Below are positions 18,472 through 20,000 of a stretch of 20,000 nucleotides of DNA, piece by piece (the first letter of the stretch is position 1; the number at the start of each line of letters is the position of its first letter). The position numbers and the translations under genes were made by a program. The DNA comes from an uncultured virus (IMG/VR IMGVR_UViG_3300037961_001397) (taxonomy: Duplodnaviria; Heunggongvirae; Uroviricota; Caudoviricetes): IMG/VR virus record IMGVR_UViG_3300037961_001397, one strand, 5' to 3'. Under the pieces are notes generated by a model. It made no database searches and was not told where the DNA came from. It worked only from the letters and a program-made list of their open reading frames with translations.

Positions 18472-19713
18472 ATGAAAAACTATTTAAGTCTGTTGGTACT
18501 TATACTTTTATTGTGCATACCAAACTTTTCTTATGGACAGGGAGATAAGGGTAAATTTTTCAAAGCACTATATAAAGATTTCTTACAGTATGGAACTATC
18601 TATGGTGCAGGAGATGCACGTAGTTCATATGAATCAAGCAGACAAGACTTTTTTGTAGAGAGACCAGCAGATGGTGATCTTTACGGCATCCCAAGAGTAA
18701 TTAATGTAACAGAATACTATGACTTTGATTATAGAGTTGGATTTGGAATTAGAAAATTAGCTAGGTTTGACTATGAAAGAAAGCCTAGAAACTGGTATGA
18801 TGGAACAGAACAACAATTAGCATTTACTGCACCTAGCTCAGCACTAGCTGGATTAGAATATCAATTTCATTTTGAAAAAGAAAGATTACGTGGAGAGGAC
18901 TTTGAGAATCACAGATACTTTATTAAACACACAGGTAAACATCATATAATTAAAGCTGAGTCAAGAGAAGTTGGTAGTATAAACTTAAACTATCAATCAG
19001 CAGAAGTAAGACTAAGACTACCAATAGGTAAAAAGTTTAGCATATCTGCGGGTACAATCTTCCGTACTCATGAACGTGCTTATGGATATAACCCAATTGA
19101 GATCTGGTTAAATGAAACTGAAACATTTACAACTCCAGATGGAGAGGTGATAGAGTACCCAGCTAACCCTTGGTATTCTTTAGGATATGAATATGGATTC
19201 TATGATGTAGCTTATGAGTCAACAAGTATTAATCCTAATACAGGAGAAGAGGTACAAAACTTTGATTGGTATTGGTATAATCCACAAGATCAAATAGTAG
19301 CATACTCTGATCTACAGTTTAGAAACACTGTGTTTAGAGATTTAATTAATAGATATAATAATGAACAGTGGGATCTTATTGATGCATTTGGTGAGATTGC
19401 ACCTATTGTAGGATTTGATTTCTATCATTATAAAAGTAATTTCTGGTTACATGCATATGCTAATTATATATTACCATATCATAAATATGTTATGGGTGAT
19501 GAAGACTTCAGCTATTTAAATAGAAATAATTGGGGTAAAGGCGGTCTGAAACAAGATTCAGAACCAGAACAATGGGATGATTATAATCTAGGTGTAAATT
19601 TTGGCTGGAGACTCAGCAAAAACTTTGGATTATTTATAGAAGGTGAATATGGTAAATTTTGGGATAGTGAACTATACCAAAGTAGTGTAGGAGTAAATTA
19701 TACATTTAGATAA
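18472..19713 (+). CDS. Predicted outer-membrane beta-barrel protein (413 aa) with Sec/SPI signal peptide
   Basis: Signal peptide MKNYLSLLVLILLLCIPNFSYG|Q. Alternating amphipathic strands (GLEYQFHFEKER, FSISAGTIFR, PIVGFDFYHY, FWLHAYANY, YNLGVNFGWRL, FGLFIEGEY), a C-terminal beta-signal-like SSVGVNYTFR, and high Tyr/Trp/Phe content. Confidence 0.75.
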   Translation: MKNYLSLLVLILLLCIPNFSYGQGDKGKFFKALYKDFLQYGTIYGAGDARSSYESSRQDFFVERPADGDLYGIPRVINVTEYYDFDYRVGFGIRKLARFDYERKPRNWYDGTEQQLAFTAPSSALAGLEYQFHFEKERLRGEDFENHRYFIKHTGKHHIIKAESREVGSINLNYQSAEVRLRLPIGKKFSISAGTIFRTHERAYGYNPIEIWLNETETFTTPDGEVIEYPANPWYSLGYEYGFYDVAYESTSINPNTGEEVQNFDWYWYNPQDQIVAYSDLQFRNTVFRDLINRYNNEQWDLIDAFGEIAPIVGFDFYHYKSNFWLHAYANYILPYHKYVMGDEDFSYLNRNNWGKGGLKQDSEPEQWDDYNLGVNFGWRLSKNFGLFIEGEYGKFWDSELYQSSVGVNYTFR

Positions 19714-19714
19714 A

Positions 19715-20000
19715 ATGAAAAAATTATTATTACTTATATCTGTTTTCTTTTTGTTAGGTTGTGAAAAAGAAGAAGAGGTTGTATTAGAACAACTGTTTGA
19801 AATAACTTTAGATGGTGAAACATTTGATCCATATGAAAGATATGCTAAAGTAAATTCATTTGCAGGAAGTAAATATGTAGACGGATATCTTAAGAAGATA
19901 TTTATTTTGTATCTGCAAATTGATGATGGTGAAATTAGATTAGATAGACAACACTTTGCATTATACTGTTTAGACTCAGATGCAAATGATGATGGAGAAC
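19715..20000 (+). CDS. Predicted lipoprotein (3'-truncated; not in ORF track)
   Basis: ATG at 19715, 1 nt after the previous stop. Translation MKKLLLLISVFFLLGC-EKEEEVVLEQLFEITLDGETFDPYERY... is open to the window end. Lipobox LLGC (Cys 19760-19762) is followed by an acidic stretch. Confidence 0.8.
   Translation, partial: MKKLLLLISVFFLLGCEKEEEVVLEQLFEITLDGETFDPYERYAKVNSFAGSKYVDGYLKKIFILYLQIDDGEIRLDRQHFALYCLDSDANDDGE

Larger units (their letters stand above)
1..20000 (+). mobile_element. Bacteriophage genome segment, crAss-like (Crassvirales-related), virion RNA polymerase/cargo protein module; probable Bacteroidota host
   Basis: Tandem giant co-directional ORFs. The DFDID-type single-chain RNAP with a zincin domain is a hallmark of crAss-like phages (phi14:2 gp66 has DFDID). 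Starts are AT-rich without Shine-Dalgarno motifs, and the secretion signals are Bacteroidota-type. No cellular housekeeping genes. Confidence 0.88.

Noticed and set aside
1..20000. Stop-codon reassignment (TAG=Gln or TGA=Trp), as in some crAss-like phages
   Set aside because: Multi-kb ORFs are open under code 11 with no in-frame TAG/TGA. All three real stops seen are TAA, so recoding elsewhere in the genome is not excluded, but there is no evidence for it here.

Overview
AT-rich (roughly one-third GC), gene-dense, all-plus-strand segment of a crAss-like (Crassvirales-related) phage, probably infecting Bacteroidota. It covers the virion-cargo/RNA polymerase module. Positions <1-12673 most likely form ONE giant ORF (>4200 aa) broken only by two scaffold N-gaps. 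It has an N-terminal Gly/Ala-rich hydrophobic region, an HEAFH zincin domain and a single-chain two-barrel RNA polymerase (RIPSQ...GADFDIDK). A second giant protein (1894 aa) follows in the same frame, with a degenerate zincin (EEMLH), a PD-(D/E)xK nuclease-like domain and a helical C-terminal region. After a short intergenic region with a 12-bp direct repeat come a predicted outer-membrane beta-barrel and a predicted surface lipoprotein that is missing from the ORF track. The most striking observation is that about 6100 readable codons of the two giant proteins contain only two cysteines. One is 4 residues from the C-terminus of the RNAP and the other is residue 4 of the next protein, suggesting a tail-to-head covalent link between ejected virion proteins. 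All calls are motif-based by eye; no searches were run.
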